DNA of 64,000 nucleotides from an uncultured Candidatus Saccharibacteria bacterium (GTDB taxonomy: Bacteria; Patescibacteriota; Minisyncoccia; Phycocordibacterales; SBAW01): assembly GCA_964482995.1 (NCBI GenBank), contig CAYZZC010000001.1:4867-68866 (forward strand), in the 5' to 3' direction. Below, in pieces: positions 1 through 9,398 of the stretch (position 1 is the first letter of the stretch; every line of letters starts with the position of its first letter). The notes under the pieces are model-generated. The model saw only the letters and a list, made by a program, of their open reading frames with translations. It was not told the DNA's origin and made no database searches. Position numbers and translations under genes: made by a program.

Positions 1-390
1 GGCAATGTCTGGGAGTCCGCGATGTTTGCGGGCAACAACAAGCTCAGCAACCTCACGGCGATTATCGACCGCAATAATATCCAGATCAACGGTATGACCG
101 AGCACGTGATGCCGCTTGAAAACTTGCGTGCAAAGTACGAGGCGTTTAATTGGCATGTCATTGAGGCCGACGGCCATAATATCCGCGAGATTATAGACGC
201 GGTTGACGAAGCAAAAGCAATTTATGAAAAGCCGACCGTGATTATTGCGCACACGATCCCCGGCAAGGGTATTAAAGAAATCGAGTTCGACTACACGTGG
301 CACGGCAAGCCGCCTACAAAAGAGGAGGCAAAAAAGTTCCTCCATGAGCTGCGCACCCTGCAGGGCAAGATAGAGAGCGAACATCAATAA
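1..390 (+). CDS. Transketolase, N-terminal (thiamine-diphosphate-binding) subunit, partial (5' end outside window)
   Basis: Frame-1 translation GNVWESAMFAGNNKL...IIAHTIPGKGI is typical of the C-terminal end of the split transketolase N-terminal subunit. It is followed 3 bp later by the C-terminal subunit. Confidence 0.85.
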   Translation, partial: GNVWESAMFAGNNKLSNLTAIIDRNNIQINGMTEHVMPLENLRAKYEAFNWHVIEADGHNIREIIDAVDEAKAIYEKPTVIIAHTIPGKGIKEIEFDYTWHGKPPTKEEAKKFLHELRTLQGKIESEHQ

Positions 391-393
391 TAT

Positions 394-1401
394 ATGCTGA
401 ACCCCAAAGCAAAACTCGTAGAAAATATTTTTGACAAGCCAAAAGAGCTGCCCACGCGCGATGGCTTCGGGCTCGGGCTCCTAGAGCTCGGCGAAAAAAA
501 TAAAGAGGTCGTGGTATTGTGCGCCGATTTAGCCGAGAGCACGCGCGTGCTCGCGTTTAAAGAAAAATATCCCAGCAGATATGTAGAGCTTGGTGTCGCA
601 GAACAAAACTTAGCAACGGTTGCCTCTGGCTTAGCAAACTACGGCAAGATCCCGTTTATAACCTCCTATGCGACCTTTAGCCCCGGCCGCAACAACGAGC
701 AGATACGCACCACTATTTCTTTAAACAATGTGCCAGTTAAAATAGCGGGCTCGCACGCAGGCCTCTCGGTTGGCCCCGATGGTGCGACCCACCAAGCGCT
801 TGAGGATATCGCGCTTATGCGTGTGCAGCCAAACATGACCGTGCTCTCGCCGTGCGATGCAGAGGAGGCGCGTAAAACAACACTCGCCGCTGTAGCACAC
901 GCCGGGCCGGTGTATCTGCGCTTTGCGCGTGCAAACACGCCGGTTATGACCACCTCCGAAACACCATTTGAGTTTGGGAAGATTTTAGAGGTGTGGAAGG
1001 GAACTGACCCAGAGGTTATTATTTTTGCCACCGGCCCACTCCTGTATAACGCGCTCTTGGCAGCGAAGGAGTTAGAGAAAAAAATTTCTGTGGTGGTGGT
1101 AAACGTACATACGATCAAACCGCTCGACGCGGCAGCAATTATAAAGTTAGCAAAAAAAGCGGGGGCAGTGGTAACCGTTGAGGAACACCAGATTGCCGGG
1201 GGATTAGGGAGTGCGATTGCCGAGGTGCTTGCTGCCTCATGCGCAATACCGATCGAGTTTGTCGGTGTAGAGGACCAGTTTGGCCAGTCGGGGGAACCCC
1301 GAGAGCTTATTGAGCATTATGGTATGGGCGTCTCAGACATTACAGAGGCGGTTCGCCGAGCTAAGAAACGCAGGGTCCCCGTAGGGGGCCGAGCTAAATA
1401 A
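394..1401 (+). CDS. Transketolase, C-terminal (pyrimidine-binding/C-terminal domain) subunit
   Basis: 335 aa with FGLGLLELG...EQNLATVASGLA...GPDGATHQALEDIALMR, the split-transketolase C-terminal subunit signature. Adjacent to the N-terminal subunit. Confidence 0.9.
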   Translation: MLNPKAKLVENIFDKPKELPTRDGFGLGLLELGEKNKEVVVLCADLAESTRVLAFKEKYPSRYVELGVAEQNLATVASGLANYGKIPFITSYATFSPGRNNEQIRTTISLNNVPVKIAGSHAGLSVGPDGATHQALEDIALMRVQPNMTVLSPCDAEEARKTTLAAVAHAGPVYLRFARANTPVMTTSETPFEFGKILEVWKGTDPEVIIFATGPLLYNALLAAKELEKKISVVVVNVHTIKPLDAAAIIKLAKKAGAVVTVEEHQIAGGLGSAIAEVLAASCAIPIEFVGVEDQFGQSGEPRELIEHYGMGVSDITEAVRRAKKRRVPVGGRAK

Positions 1402-1589
1402 AAACACATGATAGAGCCCATAAAAGGCAGCATTTTAAAATCGAAAATTAATTCGTTTATCGGCTCACTGTTTTTGGGGACCTGCGCGCTGTGGGCTATT
1501 GTGGTGATAGTGCAATCTGCATGGCATATAAACCCAATTACCAATGCGTTTGCGGCTATGGTTGAGCGCGAGACAACACTACCCTAAAT

Positions 1590-2594
1590 TTAGGCGAGCG
1601 GCTCTATTTTAAAATCACCGGGGGGAGCTGCGAGGTTCTTCTCAAGCTCCTCTCTGGTAAGCAGCCCTTTTTGTGCGCCGATTTGTTGCAGCACCGAGGA
1701 AGCGTTGGTCGAGCCCCAGCGCACCGCCTCTTCGAGCGGGACTCCTAGGATAAGCGCGGCAACGGTGGTGGAGGCGAGCGCGTCTCCGGCCCCCGTGATT
1801 TCGTAAGGATGGCGAGTGTCAGGGTAGCGCGGCAGGTGGAACAGCGCGCCGTCTGCACGGCGTATAAAGCAACCGCGCGTGTCGTCGGTTATAACCACTT
1901 GCTTGGGGCCAAGCGCATGTATCCCTTCAAGAAGATCTTTTGGTGCTGCACCAACGGTTACTTTCAAAATACGTTCTGCCTCTTCTTTATTGCAAAAGAA
2001 GAGGTCGGTGCGGCTGTATACATCCTTAAGCTCCTCTGTGCCGAATTTTATTTGGTAGGTGCCAGGTTGGAAGGCGAGTTTGGTGTCGGGCCACTCACGC
2101 AGTTTTTCCATCAACGCGTGGTGGTAAGGGAGGGAGTTTTCTCCGAGCGAAGAGAGGTAGAGCCACTCCGGGCCCTCTTCAATCTGCGGCACTTGGTAGT
2201 CAAACGTCTCGTGTTTTACTAAAATGGTGCGCTGCGCGTCAAACCACAAAACGTAGTGATAGTTGGTGTGCTTGCCGCGCACCTTCTCTACATAATCGAT
2301 ATTTACTTTGTTGATCTCAAGTGCTGCGTAGCATTGGGTGGCATACATATCGTCGCCAACATATGCGCGTAGTGCAGAGGTGAGCCCCAAGCGTGCTGCC
2401 GCAACCGCAGCATTTGCAGAGTTGCCAACCGCCGGCACTATCTCTGCAAACTCGTAGGGGATCTTGTCGCCCCAACGCATACATATCTCGCACTCCTCGC
2501 TGTTGATCTTGCAATGCACCTCGGCGTCTTTGAGCCGGATAAAGGCGTCGATGACGATGTCGCCCACAGCAAGAAATTGAAGTCGGTTTGCCAT
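1590..2594 (-). CDS. PfkB-family carbohydrate kinase (ribokinase-like; possibly 6-phosphofructokinase given glycolytic neighbours)
   Basis: 334 aa with ribokinase-fold motifs (GNSANAA..., C-terminal GAGDA anion-hole motif). Divergent from the fructose-bisphosphate aldolase gene. Confidence 0.75.
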   Translation of the reverse strand: MANRLQFLAVGDIVIDAFIRLKDAEVHCKINSEECEICMRWGDKIPYEFAEIVPAVGNSANAAVAAARLGLTSALRAYVGDDMYATQCYAALEINKVNIDYVEKVRGKHTNYHYVLWFDAQRTILVKHETFDYQVPQIEEGPEWLYLSSLGENSLPYHHALMEKLREWPDTKLAFQPGTYQIKFGTEELKDVYSRTDLFFCNKEEAERILKVTVGAAPKDLLEGIHALGPKQVVITDDTRGCFIRRADGALFHLPRYPDTRHPYEITGAGDALASTTVAALILGVPLEEAVRWGSTNASSVLQQIGAQKGLLTREELEKNLAAPPGDFKIEPLA

Positions 2595-2620
2595 ATACTT
2601 TTAGTATACAATACATATAT

Positions 2621-3478
2621 ATGAGAACATTGCGCGAAACCATTACCGATTTTAAAAAGGCGGGGCAGGCGATAGGGCACTTTAATATATCAGACTCAAA
2701 CCAGTTGCGGGCTCTTGCGCTTGCCAGCAAAGAAACCGCACTCCCGTTTATTGTTGGGCTTTCAGAAGGCGAGCGGGACTTCTTCCCGCTTTCTCATGCA
2801 CGCGCACTTGTTGATATCTACCGGCGGGAGGGGGTTGAGATGTTCTTAAACGCCGACCATACTTATAGTAGAGAGCGGGTGGCAGAGGCGGTTGCAGCTG
2901 GTGTCGACTCAGTAGTAGTAGACGGCGCAAAGCTTCCGATTGAAGAAAATATCGCAATGCTTGCTGCGTGTGTCGCGCATGCTCGTGCTAGTGGGCGGGA
3001 TGTGGTGATGGAAGGCGAGCTCGGCTATATAGGGCAATCCTCTAAGCCTTTGGACGCACTCCCCGAAGGAGTTTCGATAGAAAACTTGACCACTGCTGAA
3101 GAGGCGAAACGTTTTGTCGCGGAAACCGGCATCGATTGCTTTGCGCCAGCGGTGGGGAATGTCCACGGTATGCTTAAAAACGCTGCGGAGCCAAAACTAC
3201 ACCCCGACCGCGTGAGAGAAATTGCTGATGCGGTTGTGATCCCGCTCGTGCTCCACGGCGCCTCTGGCAATACTGAGGAGGAGGTACGTGCCTGCATAAA
3301 AGCGGGCATTGTGGTCGTGCATATAAATACGGAACTTCGTGTCGCATACCGTAGGGGGATCGAGGAGTCATTTAAAAACAACCCAGATGAAGTGGCCCCA
3401 TACAAATTCCTCGCTCCTGCGGTGGCCGATATGCAAAAATTTGTTGCACAGAAGCTCCGCGTTTTTGCCGGCCAATAA
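2621..3478 (+). CDS. fba: Class II fructose-bisphosphate aldolase
   Basis: MRTLRETITDFKKAG...HFNISD...NADHT...HGASG: class II FBA/tagatose-bisphosphate aldolase motifs. The listed ORF starts at 2588, but the Met at 2621 avoids overlap with the divergent kinase. Confidence 0.8.
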   Translation: MRTLRETITDFKKAGQAIGHFNISDSNQLRALALASKETALPFIVGLSEGERDFFPLSHARALVDIYRREGVEMFLNADHTYSRERVAEAVAAGVDSVVVDGAKLPIEENIAMLAACVAHARASGRDVVMEGELGYIGQSSKPLDALPEGVSIENLTTAEEAKRFVAETGIDCFAPAVGNVHGMLKNAAEPKLHPDRVREIADAVVIPLVLHGASGNTEEEVRACIKAGIVVVHINTELRVAYRRGIEESFKNNPDEVAPYKFLAPAVADMQKFVAQKLRVFAGQ

Positions 3479-3520
3479 CAGGTTGTATTTTCTCTAAAAA
3501 CAGGTTAGAGTGTTTGGGCT

Positions 3521-4174
3521 ATGCAATTACAGATCGAAAAGCGTGATATTACCATTAAGCCGCACTCTCTGCGCCTTAAAGGCCTCCTCCCTGCAGTGGT
3601 TTACGGCCGCTCTGAGGACTCGACCCCTATTGTCGTTGAGCGCAAGGCGTTTGAAAAGCTTTTTCATACGGCAGGCGAGTCGACAGTGATCACCCTCTCG
3701 GGCCTCGGTGAGGACAAAGACGCGCTTATACATGACGTATCCTTTGACCCGGTCACCGGAGCAGCTATTCATGCCGATTTTTATGCGATCAAGAAGGGGC
3801 AAACTGTTACGGTGGCAGTCCCGTTCGAGTTTGTTGGCGAGTCTCCTGCAGTTAAAGAAAAGGGCGGCATTTTGGTAAAGGTTATGCATGAGCTGGAGGT
3901 TACCTGCCAGCCTAAGGACCTCCCACACTCGTTTAAAGTTGATGTCTCAAAACTTATTGAGCTTGAAGACCAGATAAAGGTTAAAGACCTCTCCATCCCT
4001 GCCGCCGCAGAAGTTGCAGTCGACCTAGATGAGGTTATCGCCATGATCGACGTTGCTAAAGAAGAGGTGGTAGAGGAGGTGGCAGCTACAGACCTCTCCG
4101 CAATCGAGATCTCCGAGGACCGTGGCAAGAAGGAGGAGGCTGGTGAGGCCGCAGAAGCTCCTGCCGCAAAGTAG
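3521..4174 (+). CDS. rplY: Ribosomal protein L25 (Ctc-form) with acidic C-terminal tail
   Basis: 217 aa. The N-terminal L25/Ctc beta-barrel (KRDITIKPHSLRLKGLLPAVVYG) is followed by a Glu/Ala-rich tail. Confidence 0.8.
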   Translation: MQLQIEKRDITIKPHSLRLKGLLPAVVYGRSEDSTPIVVERKAFEKLFHTAGESTVITLSGLGEDKDALIHDVSFDPVTGAAIHADFYAIKKGQTVTVAVPFEFVGESPAVKEKGGILVKVMHELEVTCQPKDLPHSFKVDVSKLIELEDQIKVKDLSIPAAAEVAVDLDEVIAMIDVAKEEVVEEVAATDLSAIEISEDRGKKEEAGEAAEAPAAK

Positions 4175-4251
4175 CCTCTCTTTATATAGTGATTAAGCTT
4201 AGCCCTTGGCGTAATACCAAGGGCTTTCTCGCGTCTGTTACAATAACTATC

Positions 4252-5637
4252 ATGAAGGATCCTGTGCGAAGCCTGGTGTTGTGCGCCCTTGTGCTCTTGG
4301 GTGGCGGTGGGCTTTTACTTGCCCCCGCTGTTCCTGTAGCACATGCGCAGGCCCTCACGCCAGAGCAAAAGGCCAAGCTCCAGGCCGAGTATGACCAGCT
4401 CCAAGCGGAGATCCTACAGTGGCAGCAAGTGCTCGACGACACCCGTAATAAGAAAAAGTCTCTCCAAGGTGATGTAACCGCGCTCGATGCACAGATAAAA
4501 AAGGCGCAAGCAGAGATCAAACAGCGCGGGGTTACTATCGCTGCGCTAGGGAGTGATATCCAGCAAAAAACAAAAACTATCTCCACTCTGGAGGCGCGGC
4601 TCGAAGCCGGGCACGAGTCTTTAGCAAAGCTCTTGCGGCAAAAAAACGAGACCGAGAAGAAACCGCTCGCGCTTCTCGCTTTTTCTTCTCAGAGCCTTTC
4701 TGAGTTTTTTGCCGATGCAGACCTGATAGACTCGATCAACCGCGACCTCGACCTGCAGTTTACCGAGCTGCGCACCACAAAAACACAGACTCAAAAAGAG
4801 CGTGCTGAGCTTGATGTTAAAAAGAATCAGGAGCTAGATGCCAAGTATGAGGTCGAGGTTAAAAAGACTGTAATCACCAACAACCAAAACCAAAAGAAGG
4901 AGTTGCTCGCAGTAGCAAAGGATCAAGAAAAAACATACGCGCAGGTGTTGGCAGAGCGGCAAAAGCGCGCGCAAGAGATCCGCACCGCGCTCTTTGACCT
5001 GCGTGACGCACAAGGTATTTCATTTGAAAAAGCACTTAGCTATGCAGTGGCCGCTTCGGCGAAGACCGGCGTGCGCGCGGCGATGATACTCGCGATCCTC
5101 TCGCAAGAGTCTGACCTCGGCAAAAACATTGGCTCATGCTATGTCAAAGACCTCTCAACCGGAGACGGCGTTGGCAAAAATACTGGTACAGCATTTCAAA
5201 AAGTGATGAAGTCTCCTCGTGATACCGAGCCCTTTAAGGTGGTCACCAGCTCGCTCGGGTTTGACTGGTCTACCACCCCGGTCTCTTGCCCGCTTGGGCC
5301 TACTTACTCGGCCAACCGCGGCTACGGTGGTGCTATGGGCCCTTCGCAATTTATACCTTCGACATGGCAGCTCTTTAGCCCGCGGCTGCAAACGGCGCTC
5401 GGGACATCGATCCCCAACCCCTGGAACCCGGCTGATGCTATTATGGCTACTGCAATGTATCTAAGCGACTTGGGCGCGGATGGCCAGACATACACCTCAG
5501 AGCGCAACGCGGCATGCCGTTATTACTCTGGCCGCTCCTGCGACACGAGGAGCCCACGCAATTATGTATACGGCGACTCAGTGGTAGCAAAGGCAAAAAC
5601 CTTCCAAAACAACATCGATTTTCTTAATAATCTCTAA
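4252..5637 (+). CDS. Secreted coiled-coil protein with C-terminal lytic-transglycosylase (lysozyme-like) domain
   Basis: Signal peptide MKDPVRSLVLCALVLLGG, then about 250 aa of heptad-rich coiled coil. C-terminal SLT-like motifs AILSQESDLG and GAMGPSQFIPSTW. Confidence 0.6.
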   Translation: MKDPVRSLVLCALVLLGGGGLLLAPAVPVAHAQALTPEQKAKLQAEYDQLQAEILQWQQVLDDTRNKKKSLQGDVTALDAQIKKAQAEIKQRGVTIAALGSDIQQKTKTISTLEARLEAGHESLAKLLRQKNETEKKPLALLAFSSQSLSEFFADADLIDSINRDLDLQFTELRTTKTQTQKERAELDVKKNQELDAKYEVEVKKTVITNNQNQKKELLAVAKDQEKTYAQVLAERQKRAQEIRTALFDLRDAQGISFEKALSYAVAASAKTGVRAAMILAILSQESDLGKNIGSCYVKDLSTGDGVGKNTGTAFQKVMKSPRDTEPFKVVTSSLGFDWSTTPVSCPLGPTYSANRGYGGAMGPSQFIPSTWQLFSPRLQTALGTSIPNPWNPADAIMATAMYLSDLGADGQTYTSERNAACRYYSGRSCDTRSPRNYVYGDSVVAKAKTFQNNIDFLNNL

Positions 5638-5685
5638 TAGGCGGGGCAGTTTGCAAGGATAGGGCTTTTGTGCTATTTTGAGTTT

Positions 5686-5913
5686 ATGAAAACAGAGACG
5701 CACCCAACCTATTTCCCCAAGGCTAAGGTCACTTGCGTGTGTGGCAACGCCTTTGATGTAGGCTCTACGAAGGAGAAAATCCAGGTAGAAATCTGCTCTC
5801 AATGCCACCCGTTTTACACCGGCAACGACAAGCTCATGGACACCGCCGGCCGGGTTGAAAAGTTTAAGGCCCGCCGTGCACAAGCATCGACCAAGACCAA
5901 AAAGTCGAAGTAG
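5686..5913 (+). CDS. rpmE: Ribosomal protein L31
   Basis: MKTETHPTY...CVCGN...CSQCHPFYTG is the L31 zinc-ribbon signature. The listed ORF starts 18 nt earlier at 5668. Confidence 0.85.
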   Translation: MKTETHPTYFPKAKVTCVCGNAFDVGSTKEKIQVEICSQCHPFYTGNDKLMDTAGRVEKFKARRAQASTKTKKSK

Positions 5914-6897
5914 ATGGACATCAAAAAATATAAAGAAAATAGGAAGACTGCATTTTTAGCAGTTGAGTACGAGCGGCTTCTTGCAGAGGAGGCCGAAATC
6001 CGTGTACTTGAGGGAGAACTTGGCGATTTAGCGAAGGATGACCTCGTGCGTGTCGAAGAGCAAAAAAAAGCTTTGCTGGCGCAGATGGACGAGATCCTCG
6101 AAGGCGAAAAAGAGGAGGAAGAGTTTCCTAACGAGATAGTGCTTGAGGTGCGCGCCGGAGTGGGCGGTGAGGAGGCAGCGCTCTTTGCCGAGCAGCTGGC
6201 TACTATGTACCGTGCCTACGCCGAGCGAGAGGGCTGGCAGGTGCGCGTTCTTTCGGAGTCGAAGTCAGACCTCGGCGGCTATAAAGAAGCCGTGCTCGAG
6301 ATCCGCGGCAAAAACGTGTATAGGCGCCTCCGGTTTGAAACTGGCGTGCACCGGATCCAGCGCGTGCCAGCAACTGAGAAGTCTGGCCGGATACATACCT
6401 CGACAGCGTCCGTGGCGATTTTGCCGATCCGCAAAAAGCACAAAATGGAGCTCAATATGGCCGACATCGACATGGAGTTCTCCCGCTCGGGTGGCGCGGG
6501 CGGGCAAAACGTAAACAAGGTGGAAACCGCCGTGCGGTTGGTGCACCGCCCCACAGGCCTTGATGCACGCTCGACCTCAGAGCGCTCACAATCGGCAAAC
6601 CGCGAGAAGGCGATGGCAGTGCTCCTAGCCAAGGTTGAGGTGCTTGAGGAGGCAAAACAGCACGCTAAGTTCTCTGCCAACCGAAAAGAGCAAATCGGCA
6701 CCGCCGACCGCTCAGAAAAGATCCGCACCTATAACAGCCTCCAAGACAGGATCACCGACCATAGGCTCAAAGAGTCTTGGCACAACCTCCCTGGTGTATT
6801 GGCAGGCAATGTGGGGCCTCTACTAGACGCGCTTGAGGTAGCCGCCGAGAGCGGCCTCGAGCAGACGACTGAGATTGCGGAAAACGACGAAGCGTGA
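5914..6897 (+). CDS. prfA: Peptide chain release factor 1
   Basis: GGQ motif ([18 protein letters not shown]) and a PAT tripeptide (RVPATE) specific to RF1. 327 aa. Confidence 0.9.
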   Translation: MDIKKYKENRKTAFLAVEYERLLAEEAEIRVLEGELGDLAKDDLVRVEEQKKALLAQMDEILEGEKEEEEFPNEIVLEVRAGVGGEEAALFAEQLATMYRAYAEREGWQVRVLSESKSDLGGYKEAVLEIRGKNVYRRLRFETGVHRIQRVPATEKSGRIHTSTASVAILPIRKKHKMELNMADIDMEFSRSGGAGGQNVNKVETAVRLVHRPTGLDARSTSERSQSANREKAMAVLLAKVEVLEEAKQHAKFSANRKEQIGTADRSEKIRTYNSLQDRITDHRLKESWHNLPGVLAGNVGPLLDALEVAAESGLEQTTEIAENDEA

Positions 6898-6935
6898 TAT
6901 CTTGTTCAGCACGTTCACGTATGGATAAAGGGCAC

Positions 6936-7655
6936 ATGATAGACAATCTTTTTGCTGTGGGGGCGCATTTTGGCTATGCACCGTCTCGTCGACACCCTTC
7001 GGTGGCGTCTTTTATATTTGGCCAGAAGGGTGGCACAGAGCTTTTTGATCTTGAAAAGACATCCGTGTGTTTTGAGAAGGCGCTCGCTTTTGTAGCTTCG
7101 CTCGCAGCAGAGCGCAAAGTAGTGCTTTTTGTAGGTGGCAAAGCCGAGGCACGCGGCCCGCTTAAGCGTGCTGCAGAGCGCCTCAACCAACCTTACTCGG
7201 CAGGACGCTGGATCGGGGGTTCCCTCACCAACTTCTCCGAGATTAAGCGCCGCCTAAACCGCCTCTCTGAGCTCACCTCTATGCGCGAGAAGGGCGAGCT
7301 CGCCAAGTTTACTAAGCTGGAGCGCCTCATGATCGACCGAGAGATCACCGACCTTGAAAACATGTTTGGTGGGCTTAAAGGCATGACAAAAACTCCTGAT
7401 GCACTGGTGGTGGTAGACGCACGCCACGAAGCAATCGCGGTTGCCGAGGCACAGAAGCTTGGTATCCCCGTGGTTGCTCTCCTCAACTCCGACTGCGATG
7501 CGCGCGGTATTGAGTACCCGATACCTGCAAACGACGCTTCGCTCCCTAGTATCACCTATGTTGTAGACGAGATCGCAAGAGCATATGCAGAAAACCTCGC
7601 ACCTGAAAAACCGGCCGCTCCTGCAGAAGCTCCCGCTGTTGTAGAAGCCGCATAA
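6936..7655 (+). CDS. rpsB: Ribosomal protein S2
   Basis: AVGAHFGY...LFVGGKAEARG...TPDALVVVD is the S2 family signature. The start could be 6894 or 6921; 6936 matches the canonical N-terminus. Followed by tsf, the conserved rpsB-tsf pair. Confidence 0.88.
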   Translation: MIDNLFAVGAHFGYAPSRRHPSVASFIFGQKGGTELFDLEKTSVCFEKALAFVASLAAERKVVLFVGGKAEARGPLKRAAERLNQPYSAGRWIGGSLTNFSEIKRRLNRLSELTSMREKGELAKFTKLERLMIDREITDLENMFGGLKGMTKTPDALVVVDARHEAIAVAEAQKLGIPVVALLNSDCDARGIEYPIPANDASLPSITYVVDEIARAYAENLAPEKPAAPAEAPAVVEAA

Positions 7656-7662
7656 CCCTTTC

Positions 7663-8118
7663 ATGGCAATTTCTCCCGAGGTAGTTAAAGAGCTGCGCGA
7701 CAAGACTGGCATCTCTGTTATGGAGTGCAAAAAAGCGCTTGAGGAAGCAGGAGGCGACATGGAAAAAGCGCTAGAGATTTTAGGCAAACGCGCCATTGTA
7801 ACAGCTGGTAAAAAGGCTGACCGAGTGTTTGGCGCTGGCACCGTGCAATCCTACATCCACAACACTGGGCAGATAGGCGCTTTGGTGATGCTTTCTTGCG
7901 AGACAGACTTTGTCTCAAAGAACGAGGAGTTTATAGCTCTCGCGCGAGATATTGCTATGCATGCTGCTGCTATGCGCCCGCTCGACATCGCAGAGCTGTT
8001 TGCGCAGCCGTTCATAAAAGATGAGGCAAAGACTATCTCCGACCTCATTTCGCAGGCAACACAAAAGTTTGGCGAGCGCGTAGAGGTCTCCTCACTCACT
8101 ATCTCGGCAGTGCGGTAA
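7663..8118 (+). CDS. tsf: Elongation factor Ts (short form, 151 aa)
   Basis: N-terminal UBA-like motif ISPEVVKELRDKTGISVMECKKALEEAGGDMEKAL, and the conserved position after rpsB. Confidence 0.85.
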   Translation: MAISPEVVKELRDKTGISVMECKKALEEAGGDMEKALEILGKRAIVTAGKKADRVFGAGTVQSYIHNTGQIGALVMLSCETDFVSKNEEFIALARDIAMHAAAMRPLDIAELFAQPFIKDEAKTISDLISQATQKFGERVEVSSLTISAVR

Positions 8119-8131
8119 ATGCTACACTTAT

Positions 8132-8560
8132 ATGAGCAGCATGACGCTTTTCTTCTTCATTACATTGTGTGTTTCGGCTACAGGGCTCATACTCTTGCTT
8201 AGCGTTAAGCGCTATGAGATGAGTACGGGACATGTGATCTTTGTGCGTGCCCGCCCCAGCATAGCGCGCGCACTCCACACCGCAGTGCTCTTTGTGCAAT
8301 ATATACTGCCCTTTGTTGCTCGGCGCTCATTGGCCCATGCAGTAAAGCTGTTAAGAGCTGCGCTGAGCAACCTGTTGGCGCGGCTAACGGTGTTTATAGA
8401 GGGGAGCCTGCACCGCTTGCTTGAAGAAATACATCACCTCATGCAGCCCAAGCGCGGGGGTGGTGCAGCTTCAGCCTTTTTGCAGGAGGTTGCCGACCAT
8501 AAGCGCAAACTCCTCAAGGACCCAGCCGAGAAGCGAGCGATCTTTGAAGAGTTTAAGTAA
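8132..8560 (+). CDS. Hypothetical membrane-associated protein
   Basis: 142-aa ORF with one N-terminal hydrophobic helix and a basic/helical remainder. No recognisable motif. Confidence 0.35.
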   Translation: MSSMTLFFFITLCVSATGLILLLSVKRYEMSTGHVIFVRARPSIARALHTAVLFVQYILPFVARRSLAHAVKLLRAALSNLLARLTVFIEGSLHRLLEEIHHLMQPKRGGGAASAFLQEVADHKRKLLKDPAEKRAIFEEFK

Positions 8561-8583
8561 CATTTGTAGAAGCAGAAAATAAC

Positions 8584-8659
8584 GCCGCCTTAGCTCAGTT
8601 GGTAGAGCAACTCTTTTGTAAAGAGAAGGTCCCCAGTTCGAATCTGGGAGGCGGCTCCA
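8584..8659 (+). tRNA. tRNA-Thr (anticodon TGT)
   Basis: 76-nt cloverleaf folded by hand. Acceptor stem GCCGCCT/AGGCGGC, D-arm GCTC-AGTTGGTA-GAGC, anticodon stem ACTCT/AGAGA with loop TTTGTAA (anticodon TGT), T-arm CCCAG-TTCGAAT-CTGGG, discriminator T and encoded CCA. Confidence 0.85.
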
Positions 8660-8671
8660 AAAGTTCGTAGT

Positions 8672-9364
8672 TTATTTTGTTGTTGCACTGGCTTCGGCTT
8701 TTTGAGTAGTAGAAGTAGCGAGAGTTTTAAGCTCTGGGATAAGCTTTTCCATCTCAGTTAAGTCTTTAAAGCCGTATATGGGCGCACGGTTGTTGATGAT
8801 AAACGCAGGGAGTGGAGTTTTAACCTTGCGCAGGGCGACAAGAGTTTGGAGAGCTGAGAGGTCGAGGTTGTAGTCGAAAGAGTATACGCGCAAGTCTGGG
8901 TAGGTTTGGCGCAGGTAGGTAAGCACGTCCCCTGCGCGGCTACACTCTGCACAGTCTCCGGAGTTTGAGTAAAAATATAATACGAATACCGGTTTTGTCT
9001 TACACTTTTGCGAGATCTGCTGCATGAGGAGATAGTCTTTGATCTGAAGCAAGCTATATTGCTTCTTGAGCGTTACCACCTCTTCGTTGTCGCTGCCTAA
9101 ACGGCTCTCCGCAAACGAGAGGCGCTCTGCAAGCGAATTGAGCTCCTCGGTGAGGACAGGGTGCTCGGCGATGATACTGCAATCGAGGTTGCCCAAAAGC
9201 TCAAACTGCACCTCAGAAGAGAGTAGGTCGATCGATATTGCTTCTTGTGTCGAACGGATGCTTGCCACGCGCCCAGCGTCTATCCGAGCCGCAATATAAA
9301 ATGCGGTAAAGAAGATTGTACTGGTAATAACAAAGGCAAGGGTATATTTGCGCCAATCTTTCAT
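8672..9364 (-). CDS. Membrane-anchored thioredoxin-like protein (CxxC)
   Basis: Start taken at MKDWRKYTL (9364) rather than the listed 9433, to avoid overlap with the upstream GT2 gene. One TM helix, then VFVLYFYSNSGDCAECS, a thioredoxin-fold CxxC motif. Confidence 0.5.
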   Translation of the reverse strand: MKDWRKYTLAFVITSTIFFTAFYIAARIDAGRVASIRSTQEAISIDLLSSEVQFELLGNLDCSIIAEHPVLTEELNSLAERLSFAESRLGSDNEEVVTLKKQYSLLQIKDYLLMQQISQKCKTKPVFVLYFYSNSGDCAECSRAGDVLTYLRQTYPDLRVYSFDYNLDLSALQTLVALRKVKTPLPAFIINNRAPIYGFKDLTEMEKLIPELKTLATSTTQKAEASATTK

Positions 9365-9398
9365 AGAGGCTGAATCTACAATAAATAAAGTATTTAGT

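Noticed and set aside
2588-2620. First 11 codons of the listed fba ORF (MPYTFSIQYIY)
   Set aside because: They overlap the divergent kinase start and look like AT-rich promoter DNA. MRTLRETITDF at 2621 matches the class II aldolase N-terminus.
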